A stretch of 62,889 nt of DNA, filler included, from Stramenopiles sp. TOSAG23-3 (Eukaryota), in the NCBI GenBank assembly GCA_900128585.1. It is 7 parts of 7 records of this genome, joined end to end, with 100 filler letters (N's around TTAATTAATTAA, not from the genome) between each part and the next. Parts side by side here need not be neighbours in the genome. Positions count along the whole stretch, not along the records: positions 51,131 to 61,217 come from LT642849.1; positions 61,318 to 62,889 come from LT645672.1; 5 more parts are not named here. One strand, 5' to 3'. Position 1 is the first letter of the stretch. Every line of letters begins with the position of its first letter. This document shows, one piece after another, positions 53,870-62,613 of this stretch. Below the pieces are notes generated by a model. The model had not been told where the DNA came from and did not search any database. It worked only from the letters and a program-made list of their open reading frames with translations. A program made the position numbers and the translations under genes.

Positions 53870-54841
53870 TTAATCACCGGATCCAGCCTGATTTTTCAAA
53901 CGGTCGATCTTCCCGATCGCACATTCTATCCATTCAACAAGAAGTCTGGCCATTCTTTTCAACGGCAACTCGCTCCGTAGTGGCAGAAAAAATACAACAC
54001 GGTCGGTATTGGTTTCGGAGGAGCTTGGTAATAGATTTATTTTTATGGAGGAACCTTCCATGTGAAAAGGTGCTTCTACCGTGACTACCACTGGACCTCC
54101 ATGAGCAGGACAAAGTAAAAATGTTCGATAAGACTGATCAATCGTATCCCACCGCAGTGTAACCAAGAAGTGGCGGCTAATTTCAACGAAAAAATCCCTA
54201 CGACAAAACCATTCAAAGCGTATCCCTTCGACATACTTCCTAATACATGCTGAAACTGGGTCAGTCGTACGCACAGAAATGTGGTTAGCAATTTGTTGCG
54301 ATAAAGGCATGGCGTCCGGAATTTCTATCGTCCAATCGATTATTGCCTTTGCGCCACTGTCGAAGCGAGCCACTATAAAGAGCTCGACGTATTTCCCGCT
54401 GACTACCGATGGTGGTCCACCATTTTCTGGTAATTCCCACAAATGAATAGCAAAATTTACAGCATTGATACCGTCAAGGGTTCTCCCGACTAGAATTTGT
54501 ACACCTGACCTTTCGGATATAAACTTTGCATCGAGTTGTTTCAAGAGCACTGGATTCACAGTGTGCAACTCTTCCAAAGAGTCTTGAAAGATTTGTTTCC
54601 AAGAATGCTCTAAAAATGATTCTATAGACTTTTCAAAAGATCTTTCATTCAAGGAATATTTAAAATGGAACATTTCCTCTTTTTCAACCAAATTTTTGAC
54701 CAAAGCAGAGAATTTTCTCCGGTAGACCATGGGAAAAGAAAATGATACGTTAGTCAAAGGGACTTCCTTCCCAGCCTCGACTTCAACTACATCCAGCAAC
54801 ACAGTTTCGTGGCAAAAGGAAACAATTGTGGAACGAATCAT
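53870..54841 (-). CDS. Hypothetical protein, possibly a divergent BRE/BABAM2 (BRCC45) UEV-repeat protein
   Basis: 323-aa ORF. The C-terminal RRDFFVEISRHF..RWD....RTFLL..VVVTVEAP..LPLKRMAR pattern resembles my recollection of the BRE C-terminal domain; no search was run. Confidence 0.45.
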   Translation of the reverse strand: MIRSTIVSFCHETVLLDVVEVEAGKEVPLTNVSFSFPMVYRRKFSALVKNLVEKEEMFHFKYSLNERSFEKSIESFLEHSWKQIFQDSLEELHTVNPVLLKQLDAKFISERSGVQILVGRTLDGINAVNFAIHLWELPENGGPPSVVSGKYVELFIVARFDSGAKAIIDWTIEIPDAMPLSQQIANHISVRTTDPVSACIRKYVEGIRFEWFCRRDFFVEISRHFLVTLRWDTIDQSYRTFLLCPAHGGPVVVTVEAPFHMEGSSIKINLLPSSSETNTDRVVFFLPLRSELPLKRMARLLVEWIECAIGKIDRLKNQAGSGD

Positions 54842-55048
54842 GAAAATACTTTCATATGAAGTGTATATCTACGATTCCCGGTCAATCCTCTTTCATTTGA
54901 ATAGGGAAATAATATTTGTCCCTCGAGATTGTTGTAGAAATATGGTTTCCACATTAAGAAGTTTAGAATAAGTATCTCTTTTTCAAAATTCAATAATATT
55001 AATTACAAAGATGGTGTCTTTTCTCATCACGGTTGTTGTTGTTTCCTC

Positions 55049-55076
55049 TTAGCTTCCTCATACCCTAAACCTAACT
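55049..55076 (+). repeat. Family A element, 3' half only
   Basis: TTAGCTTCCTCATACCCTAAACCTAACT, in a divergent intergenic region. Confidence 0.75.
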
Positions 55077-55477
55077 GAAAAAATGGAAGACATTGTTAAG
55101 GCAGATAGCAAAGAAGAATGGGCGCGTAGCGCCACATAGCACGAGGAAAGATGATTAGACTTTTCTGCATCTTGCTCCAATTATAAATCTATGCTGTTAT
55201 TATCTCGTGTTCTCGTACTTCTTTCTTTTCACCTATCAGCAGTTGGAAGCAATTTCGTATAATATTTATCGCAATAAACTTGTATGCGTCCGCAATACCC
55301 GAAATATTTTGAGGAGGAAATAAACCTCAATCAGAACAATAAGAATGAATCGCGCCCTCCCTCTCTCTTCAAACATTTACATAATTGCTTGTTTTTTCAG
55401 ATTTTACAAATCCCCAATTTATTTGGAAACACGAAGTGAACTTTCAAGCGCCTTGGCGTTTTAGTATTCGGGTGGGG

Positions 55478-58147
55478 ATGATTTCCTTCACGTTCAGGTT
55501 GCTGCTGCTTATGGGCATGTGCATGGCGGCGGCAAAAACCCTAAATCCAGTTCAAGAGACTTTCAGTGAATATTTATTCGCGTTGAATAATGGCATTTTG
55601 GGGAAGGAATGCTCGCCTGTAAATGCAAAGGCAACCTGGTGGCAAGAAAATGAAAGATTTTCTGGCATTGGTGACCTAGAAATATGCTTCTCTCATTTTG
55701 GGTGTACCTATTACACAATGAAAAATCGAACGCACACAGTTTCAATGGAAGAAAATTCGTTAATTCTGTCCCGTGGAGGAGTAGATATGTGCATATTCCT
55801 GAAAGTATTTTTTTCCCCGGAAAAATTTGATGAAACTGAAGTGTGCCAATTTTCGCACGCACAGCGCGATTTTTGCATTAGATTGCCTGCTTTGACTCTC
55901 TCCTCGATTCCTACTACGATCAATACGTCGATCAATGTATGGGCAGAAATACCTAGCGTATCGGGTAAAATGACACAGGTTCCGTTAAGAACACAGCTGT
56001 TGCAACACACATCGCTCGCAGTCTCCGTTGAGGGTGCACGTTGTAACGCTTCAACAACAATTTCGGAAGAGGATATGCCCATTCTTGACTTCGTAGGTCC
56101 TCATGGGTTCGTTTTTCCTGTTGTGTCCTTTCCATTGTCGCAAGCGCCAGAAGCTTCAAAAAAACGGTTACTGCAGATTTTTGGGTATGCATGCATAGAT
56201 TTTGAGGATGCCAAAGAGAAGGGGGCTTCCAGAACACGCAGGTGTTCTACTTTAGACGGGTTGAAAGAAAATCGTCCATTTGATAGTTTAGCCTTCTCCA
56301 TTACGGATGAATTGGTGCATACTCTGGTGTTTACATTGCTTCCTGGCAAGCCCTGCCAGACATCGGGGAAGTACCTGCACATGAAATTTCAGGACGCTGT
56401 CCAATTTAAATACTCAGCATCAGAGCTTCAAGTGGCAATGTGGTCCGCAGTTATGCTTAGTGCAGTGGCAAAGCAGTTCACTAGTGCGTTTGCTGGTGTT
56501 AAAAGTTTGCTTGCTAGTGCAGGTGGCTGTACAGGCGGAATTGAGCATTCCTCGTCCTTTCTCAATTTTTTGCCGATGTATTCCACCCCGCTGATGGCTG
56601 TAACGAAACTAGGGTGGGAAGAGGGGGTTAAGGAAGTATTGTCATGGCTCCAATCTCTGCAAATGAAGGACTGTATTCCATTAGATTTGCGAGATCGAGA
56701 TGGTCAGCCATTGCTCGAAGTTGCAACGACATATGGGAGCCTTGCCACAGTGGACATCATGAAACGTCTCGTCGCCGCTTCCTCGACTCTGTCACCGGAC
56801 CGAAAATATGAAGATATGTGCTTGGCCATGACTGGCGCCGCACGGTACGGTCACCACGACAATTTCGCTTATTTTCAATCTCACGCTTGGAGGACTGCCC
56901 ATCCTTATGGATTGTCACTGTTGCTTGCGTCTGCTGCTGGGCACTACGAAATTGTTGAAGCATTGCTTTTTGCTGATACCCAAGAACAAGACCAAACGTT
57001 AAAATTGAAAGAAGCAATTGTTCCTCGATCATGTCTGGAACGTGAAAGAGGTCGTTACGGCGTGGATCCTGGTCGACACCATAATCATTTACACCATACG
57101 GCTTTGATAGCTGCTACACGACAAGGTCACGTCGATGTTGTGAAAAGGCTTGCAATGCATTTACCCGCGAGCATTGAGGTCATGGACGGCTCCGGTTACA
57201 CAGCAATAATGTGGGCAGGATTTCTGGAGACCCCGCGGCGGTTGGAAACCGCAAAAATTTTGATTGAGGCCGGTGCCGATCCAACGCGGCTAATGAACTA
57301 TGGAAACATTCCATTTGTGGATACTGTCGAGGACTCTGCAATGATAAATATTCTTCATGGAAGTCCGCACGTGACAAGCTACAATAGAATTAAAACGGAG
57401 GGGCGAGATATTGCTGTCTGCTTCAGGGGTGGGCTGCGATCGTACCATCAAGTTAAGCATGCAATGAAAGAAAGGTGGTTTGATCCGCTTGGTGAGGGTG
57501 GCCGATTGTCCCTTATTGGTTTGCAAGCATTCGGTGACAAGAAGTTTGAAGAAGCAAAAGAAGCTGGCGAATTTTCTCCCCTCCATTTTGATGTTCTTAA
57601 CTTGCAACCAACAAGAGATCCGCGCACATATCTGGACAATTATGACCCCGTAATTTACCAGTCGTGTACACCATATGCCGCGCAACGAGGTTTTTCATCG
57701 AGCTTGGAAGCAATGCTCTTGCTCAATCATGACATATCGCGGTGTGCAGATTCTGTAGAGAAATTAGAATCCCGTCGGGGAGGAGCCAAATTCACCCATA
57801 TTTTTTTGCTTCGCTGGGACATTTACCCTTTGAAAAAAATGGCGTTTGAATATTTGCAAGGCATTGACACAACAATAATTGTGCCTAATCTTGTCGGAAC
57901 AGGTATCGACGAAACCGCAGCACTTGGTCCCAGGAGGTACATGATGAAGTATTTGAGGGGGATCGAGTCTCAGTGGTACAAGATTTTAACCAAAATGGAG
58001 CCGTGCAAGCATGTGACAAACTTTGAAGAAATTGTGCGCTTCGTGTTAGCAAATGCTGGTGTACCTGTCAGCAGCAATGCCTGGTTAAACTCACGGAAAG
58101 TTCGCACAGAGGGGTGGTGCCGACAGAGCAACAACTGTGCGATATAA
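55478..58147 (+). CDS. Signal-peptide protein with ankyrin repeats and a C-terminal putative glycosyltransferase-like domain
   Basis: MISFTFRLLLLMGMCMAAA leader; ankyrin motifs TPLM, AARYGH, AAGHYEIVEALL, TALIAATRQGHVDVVK and GYTAIMWA..LIEAGAD; C-terminal IAVCFRGGLRS...HIFLLRWD. Confidence 0.78.
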   Translation: MISFTFRLLLLMGMCMAAAKTLNPVQETFSEYLFALNNGILGKECSPVNAKATWWQENERFSGIGDLEICFSHFGCTYYTMKNRTHTVSMEENSLILSRGGVDMCIFLKVFFSPEKFDETEVCQFSHAQRDFCIRLPALTLSSIPTTINTSINVWAEIPSVSGKMTQVPLRTQLLQHTSLAVSVEGARCNASTTISEEDMPILDFVGPHGFVFPVVSFPLSQAPEASKKRLLQIFGYACIDFEDAKEKGASRTRRCSTLDGLKENRPFDSLAFSITDELVHTLVFTLLPGKPCQTSGKYLHMKFQDAVQFKYSASELQVAMWSAVMLSAVAKQFTSAFAGVKSLLASAGGCTGGIEHSSSFLNFLPMYSTPLMAVTKLGWEEGVKEVLSWLQSLQMKDCIPLDLRDRDGQPLLEVATTYGSLATVDIMKRLVAASSTLSPDRKYEDMCLAMTGAARYGHHDNFAYFQSHAWRTAHPYGLSLLLASAAGHYEIVEALLFADTQEQDQTLKLKEAIVPRSCLERERGRYGVDPGRHHNHLHHTALIAATRQGHVDVVKRLAMHLPASIEVMDGSGYTAIMWAGFLETPRRLETAKILIEAGADPTRLMNYGNIPFVDTVEDSAMINILHGSPHVTSYNRIKTEGRDIAVCFRGGLRSYHQVKHAMKERWFDPLGEGGRLSLIGLQAFGDKKFEEAKEAGEFSPLHFDVLNLQPTRDPRTYLDNYDPVIYQSCTPYAAQRGFSSSLEAMLLLNHDISRCADSVEKLESRRGGAKFTHIFLLRWDIYPLKKMAFEYLQGIDTTIIVPNLVGTGIDETAALGPRRYMMKYLRGIESQWYKILTKMEPCKHVTNFEEIVRFVLANAGVPVSSNAWLNSRKVRTEGWCRQSNNCAI

Positions 58148-58222
58148 ATCTTTATGTTTCAGCATCTGTAAAATCCTCAAGAAAAAAACCAATTTCATCC
58201 TTAGCTACGGTAATTAAGAATT

Positions 58223-58608
58223 AAAAACAAGAAAATTGGCTGTTATTTATAGAAATTAAAAACAAGAAAATTGGCTGTTATTTTATAGTAATTAAAATAT
58301 AGTCGTCTAATAAAAAGAAAAAAGAAGGTGTCAGTTCAAGAATAATATCTCCTACTATTGCAGGATCCTCCCCAAGTTTTGGTCAAGATTCCAATTGATT
58401 GGTCTTAAAAGTACTTAAATAACAGCCAATTTTCTTGTTTGTAAGTACACAGCGGCATAAATGTTTTAAAGGGGCTCGTTGTCTGTGGTACTGCTCAATG
58501 AAATAAAAACAAGAACATTGGTGGCTGTTATTTAAGTAATTAAATTTAGCTTCCTCATACCCTAATCCTAACTTATTTTAAAGTAATTTTAAAATTTAGC
58601 TTCCTCAT
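58223..58608. repeat. Cluster of family A copies: + 58223-58342 (tandem pair plus tail), - 58412-58440, + 58505-58574, fragment around 58592-58608
   Basis: Direct sequence matches to the consensus, between two convergent genes. Confidence 0.9.
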
Positions 58609-58827
58609 CTACCGCGAAATTGAATCTACTCAGCATTTGCCCATTAGAGGTTTACATTCCTTCATGTACTGCGAACTGATCTCAACTGTGGTGATTTTGG
58701 TAAATCAATATACCCTTGTCACTCAGTCTTGACTATCATGTTCAGATGTAAGTACTCCATGCAGCTATTATTTTGTTTTTACATTTAAGTTTCAATATTT
58801 GATTTGTAAATGATGTAAATTACTCAC

Positions 58828-60003
58828 TCACTCACTCTCCTCCGTTTTCTTAATGACACCTTTTTCAAGCATATCCTTGTACGAATTCCCAAAACAGTCT
58901 TCAATGCCTCCGTTATGGTCAGCTATTTCTAAGACCCAATTAGCGTGACGTTTCAATCCTTCTTCCAACGTAACTTTGGGCCTCCAACCAAGAGCCATGA
59001 GTTTGCGCGGATTCAGAACGATGTGCCTTACATCGCTGCACCTGAAATCACCATTGTAAACCGGCGAAATCGGATCCGATTGGCGTGATAAATACTCGCA
59101 CATAAAGTTTGCAACCGTTCCCATAGTATCACCACCTCTTCCCGTCCCTACGTTAAAAGCATCCCATTTTGCTGAATCGCTCATCATGACACACAAATTT
59201 GCCCTGGCAACATCTTCCACAAAAACAAAATCTCTCATTTGATTGCCATCTTCAAATACTATCGGTGCCTTCCCGTTCATTATTCTGGTGGAAAAAATTG
59301 AAAGTACCCCGGCATAAGGGTTGTGGATGCTCTGCCTTGGCCCGTGGACGATACTATAGCGAAGAGCAACAGTAGGAATACCAAGTTCTCTGCCAGCTGC
59401 TATTGTAATTTTTTCTTGTGCGAATTTTGCGATATGGTATGGGTGACTTGGCCGTAGCTCCCTATCTTCGGCAATTTCGTATGGACCGCACTCAAGACCA
59501 TCATCACTGTAAACTTCAAAATCTGCTTTGGACATCCGGACTTCAGACCGGTAGCCAGGGGGGATAAATTCGCTTCCATCTTTCTTCAAGTAACTGGCGC
59601 AGCCGTATACAGCCATGCTAGAGGCAACCACTATTTTTTTAATTGGCAGGGTGTTGTCCTTAATGACGTCGAACATTACGCAAGTGCCTGTTGCTGCTTC
59701 ATCAAATACATGCCGAAAACTGTCTTTCTGGGTTCCTAAATAACTACTTGCTGCTTGGTGAAACACAACGTCAATACCTTCCAACGCCAATTTCATATCA
59801 TTTGCATTACATGTTGATCCTAAGATAAATTCTACTTCATTTGGTACCCATGACGGTTTCACCTTACTCTGGTGGGTTGGCGGGAGCAGTGCATCAAGTA
59901 CCCGTACACTGCATCCATGCTCCTTCAGCAAAATGTCAACAATGTGGGAACCGATTAGACCTGCCCCTCCTGTAACTAAAATGTTTAGATTATCAAGCTT
60001 CAT
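58828..60003 (-). CDS. NAD-dependent nucleotide-sugar epimerase/dehydratase (extended SDR, prokaryotic WbiB-like)
   Basis: ILVTGGAGLIGSH, VFHQAA, VVASSMAVYG, YHIAK (YxxxK) and GPRQSIHNPYAGVLSIF..IVFEDGNQMRDFVFVEDVARAN. Confidence 0.92.
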   Translation of the reverse strand: MKLDNLNILVTGGAGLIGSHIVDILLKEHGCSVRVLDALLPPTHQSKVKPSWVPNEVEFILGSTCNANDMKLALEGIDVVFHQAASSYLGTQKDSFRHVFDEAATGTCVMFDVIKDNTLPIKKIVVASSMAVYGCASYLKKDGSEFIPPGYRSEVRMSKADFEVYSDDGLECGPYEIAEDRELRPSHPYHIAKFAQEKITIAAGRELGIPTVALRYSIVHGPRQSIHNPYAGVLSIFSTRIMNGKAPIVFEDGNQMRDFVFVEDVARANLCVMMSDSAKWDAFNVGTGRGGDTMGTVANFMCEYLSRQSDPISPVYNGDFRCSDVRHIVLNPRKLMALGWRPKVTLEEGLKRHANWVLEIADHNGGIEDCFGNSYKDMLEKGVIKKTEESE

Positions 60004-60217
60004 ATTAAAAGACAGCAAGTCAAAAGCTATTCAGTTTTTTCTTCTTTACCCAAAATATAACGAACAACTAAAATGAACAACATTTTCAATGCCCGAATCA
60101 TGAGAAACAATGTAAAACGCAATGATACTACTCTAATTCACAATAATATTACTTTCATTCTTCATTCAGGATTTCATTCATCAGGATTTAATACCAAGTA
60201 TAAAATGTTTTTGAGAC

Positions 60218-60290
60218 GAAATTACAGAATCAAGTTAGGATTAGGGTACGACGAAGCTAAATTTAATTACTTAAATAACAGCCAATTTTC
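60218..60290 (-). repeat. Family A element, near full length
   Basis: Reverse complement reads GAAAATTGGCTGTTATTTAAGTAATTAAATTTAGCTTCGTCGTACCCTAATCCTAACTTGATTCTGTAATTTC, about 94 bp past the stop at 60385. Confidence 0.92.
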
Positions 60291-60384
60291 ATTTTTTTAT
60301 TACTAAGCCTATACGTAGAGCTCTCCCTATTATTGCTAGTCTAATAAACCCAAAAATGCCCCCAACCCCGCCGAGTTTGAGCTT

Positions 60385-61217
60385 TTATAGCCTTCTCGCC
60401 CGGCTGTATACATTTTGAATTATTTGGTCATACACCTCTTTGGTGTGCCCGTAATACTCGCAAAATGCAAGTGCGCTTGCTGATGGATCTTGATTCTGCC
60501 GATAAGAATATGTACTGGGCATTCTTCCCTCTATCTGGACAGGGATTTGGAACACTACAGGTGGGAGTCTTTTCTGGGCCACATTGACTAGTTGGGCAAT
60601 GTTTATGTCCAATTTCATAGCTTGAGCTAAATCCCCAAAATGTTTTCCTAAGTCGTGTTCTTCCCCTTCTCGAATATCAATGTTGATAGTTCTGCCATCG
60701 GGAACGGTCACCGGAAAGGACGTCAAAACTTTCTTCTGCATTCGTCGGGAGTACTTGTCTACGAGTTGATTCACAACTATTTCCGTCTGTGCATCCGTTA
60801 AATTCTGCACAGCACCGAGTGTGCGAGCTGATGTTGTGATATTCTCCCCTTTGAACACACGTAATGACACACGGGTCCCGTTGTCTAAAATTACGGGTGC
60901 AATAAACTCAATTACACCCATTTTTCTGACTCTCTTCTTTGCGGAGGCAATAATTTTTGGTAAAATCTTTTTGTTGAGACTATGATATTCAACAAACTGC
61001 TTTGCAGCATCCTTAATATTTTCTCCTTCATAGACGGTAAAATTTTGTTTTCCTTTTTTTCCCAAATTAATTTCAAAATGGACCACAGTTTTTGGGCCAG
61101 CGTTCGCTACAGCATTTTGCTTAAAATTTGCAATTTCTGCCAGCCTCTTTTTTCTAGCGCGCTCCCACTCGCGGACCTCTTCAATTTGATATTCTAACGA
61201 ATCTAAATTATCTCGGC
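60385..61217 (-). CDS. Hypothetical protein, 5'-partial, with four tandem ~60-aa beta-beta-alpha repeats
   Basis: The frame stays open to the scaffold edge; repeats of the type F.V.....F.V.EGE....A..F...H.L. Confidence 0.7.
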
Positions 61218-61317
61218 NNNNNNNNNNNNNNNNNNNNNNNNNNNNNNNNNNNNNNNNNNNNTTAATTAATTAANNNNNNNNNNNNNNNNNNNNNNNNNNN
61301 NNNNNNNNNNNNNNNNN

Positions 61318-61396
61318 CCACATTCTCTTGGCTTACCGAGGCTGAAGCGGGCCGGGCGCGCGCGTGTAAAAGTAATTGCCCGCACTCCACAAAAAT
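61318..61396. repeat. 79-bp perfect inverted repeat with 62811-62889
   Basis: Exact reverse complement between the scaffold tip and the window end. Confidence 0.95.
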
Positions 61397-61995
61397 TATT
61401 GTATACTTTACAACTATAATTCTTCTATCTTTTTGTCCTCTCATCGTATGTCTATATTTAAATTATATATGAATAATTATAGGGATTTATTTATTATCAA
61501 AATAATAGTCTAAGAAACAAAATTATACTGTACAACGAAATACCAAGGAACTTCAAAATTTAAAAAAAAAGAAAAAAAATGAAGAAGAAAAAAGAAAGAA
61601 AAAAAAGAGAAGAAGAAGAAAGAAAAGAAGAAGAAGAAAAGAAAAAAAAGGAAGAAGAAGAAAAGAAGAAGAAGAAAAGAAGAAGAAATTATTATTATTA
61701 ATAAAATAATAATTATTTTTTGTTTTTTTGTTGTTGATCATTAATAATATCATCCATCTCGACGACGACGACGACGACGCGATCGATAATAATAATAAAA
61801 AAAATAATAATAATAAAAAAAAAAATTATTATTAATAATTGATTCTTTTATTTAAAAAATTGTATTATAATTATGATGAAAGAAAGAGTAGAAGAGAGAG
61901 AGAGAGAGTGAGAAAGAGTGATATTTGTCAAGCGATAAATGGATAAGCAAATGAACGGACAGACAGGGTGATACTTTTTACAACGCAACGACATT

Positions 61996-62613
61996 ATGGT
62001 AGTGAAATTGCGTCTTCAGCGTTTTGGTAGAAAGAAGCGACCGTATTACCGGGTCGTGGCCACCGACGCACGGAAGCCTCGGGACGGGAAGCCGATTGAG
62101 TTTTTGGGAACCTTTGACCCACTGGTCGATAAGAATGGGGTAAAGAAGCTGCGGTTGAAGGAGGATAGGGTGAATTACTGGCTGAGCGTTGGCGCCCAGC
62201 CGACCGATACTGTTGCTAAATTGCTAGGGTACGTCAACATTTTGCCACCACCGCCGTTTACGCCGAAGACGATACGCCATATTCCTAAGCAAGACCGTGA
62301 GTTTAGCACCATGGTGTCCCGGCCCACGCCAGTTAGTTGTTTCGACAGGACGGACCTACCGAGGTTCGCACCGGTCACGCCACTGGGCGCCAGGCCCGTG
62401 CCAAGCCTCTCAACCCCAGTAACAGCCGGGCGCGGCCAAAGTTACAGTACACTCCCCTCCTCCTTTTTTGACACCGCCTGCCTTGGCCGGACGATGCTCC
62501 ACGGCGCGGCTGGCGCGACCACCGTCGCAAGGCTCCCGTGCGCCCCCCAGAGAGAAGGGCTGCGTTTGGGAAGGTCTGCAGGAAAATTTTTACGTCTGCT
62601 TCTAAGACCTTAG
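61996..62613 (+). CDS. rps16: Nucleus-encoded organellar (probably mitochondrial) ribosomal protein bS16 with a long C-terminal extension
   Basis: MVVKLRLQRFGRKKRPYYRVVATDARKPRDGK.IE.LG.FDP and YWLSVGAQPTDTV, then LPPPP. Confidence 0.93.
   Translation: MVVKLRLQRFGRKKRPYYRVVATDARKPRDGKPIEFLGTFDPLVDKNGVKKLRLKEDRVNYWLSVGAQPTDTVAKLLGYVNILPPPPFTPKTIRHIPKQDREFSTMVSRPTPVSCFDRTDLPRFAPVTPLGARPVPSLSTPVTAGRGQSYSTLPSSFFDTACLGRTMLHGAAGATTVARLPCAPQREGLRLGRSAGKFLRLLLRP

Noticed and set aside
58223-58608. Clustered repeats resembling a CRISPR array
   Set aside because: Mixed orientation, irregular spacing, eukaryotic context and no cas genes; these are family A copies.
6534-58620. TACCGCGAAAT at about 6534 and 58610 (E2F-like TTTCGCGG on the minus strand)
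   Set aside because: Only two copies, both in 3' spacers rather than promoters; insufficient support.
28432-60003. Window-wide glycosylation gene cluster (DUF579-GT32, PRKCSH, TMTC-like, epimerase)
   Set aside because: The genes lie on different, artificially joined scaffolds.
10174-61317. Regularly spaced palindromic TTAATTAATTAA about every 10.2 kb
   Set aside because: Artificial all-frame-stop linker inside N runs; the spacing reflects size-sorted scaffolds.
511-62613. Alternative genetic code or systematic stop readthrough
   Set aside because: Conserved genes translate full length in the standard code and end at TAA, TGA or TAG at the expected positions.
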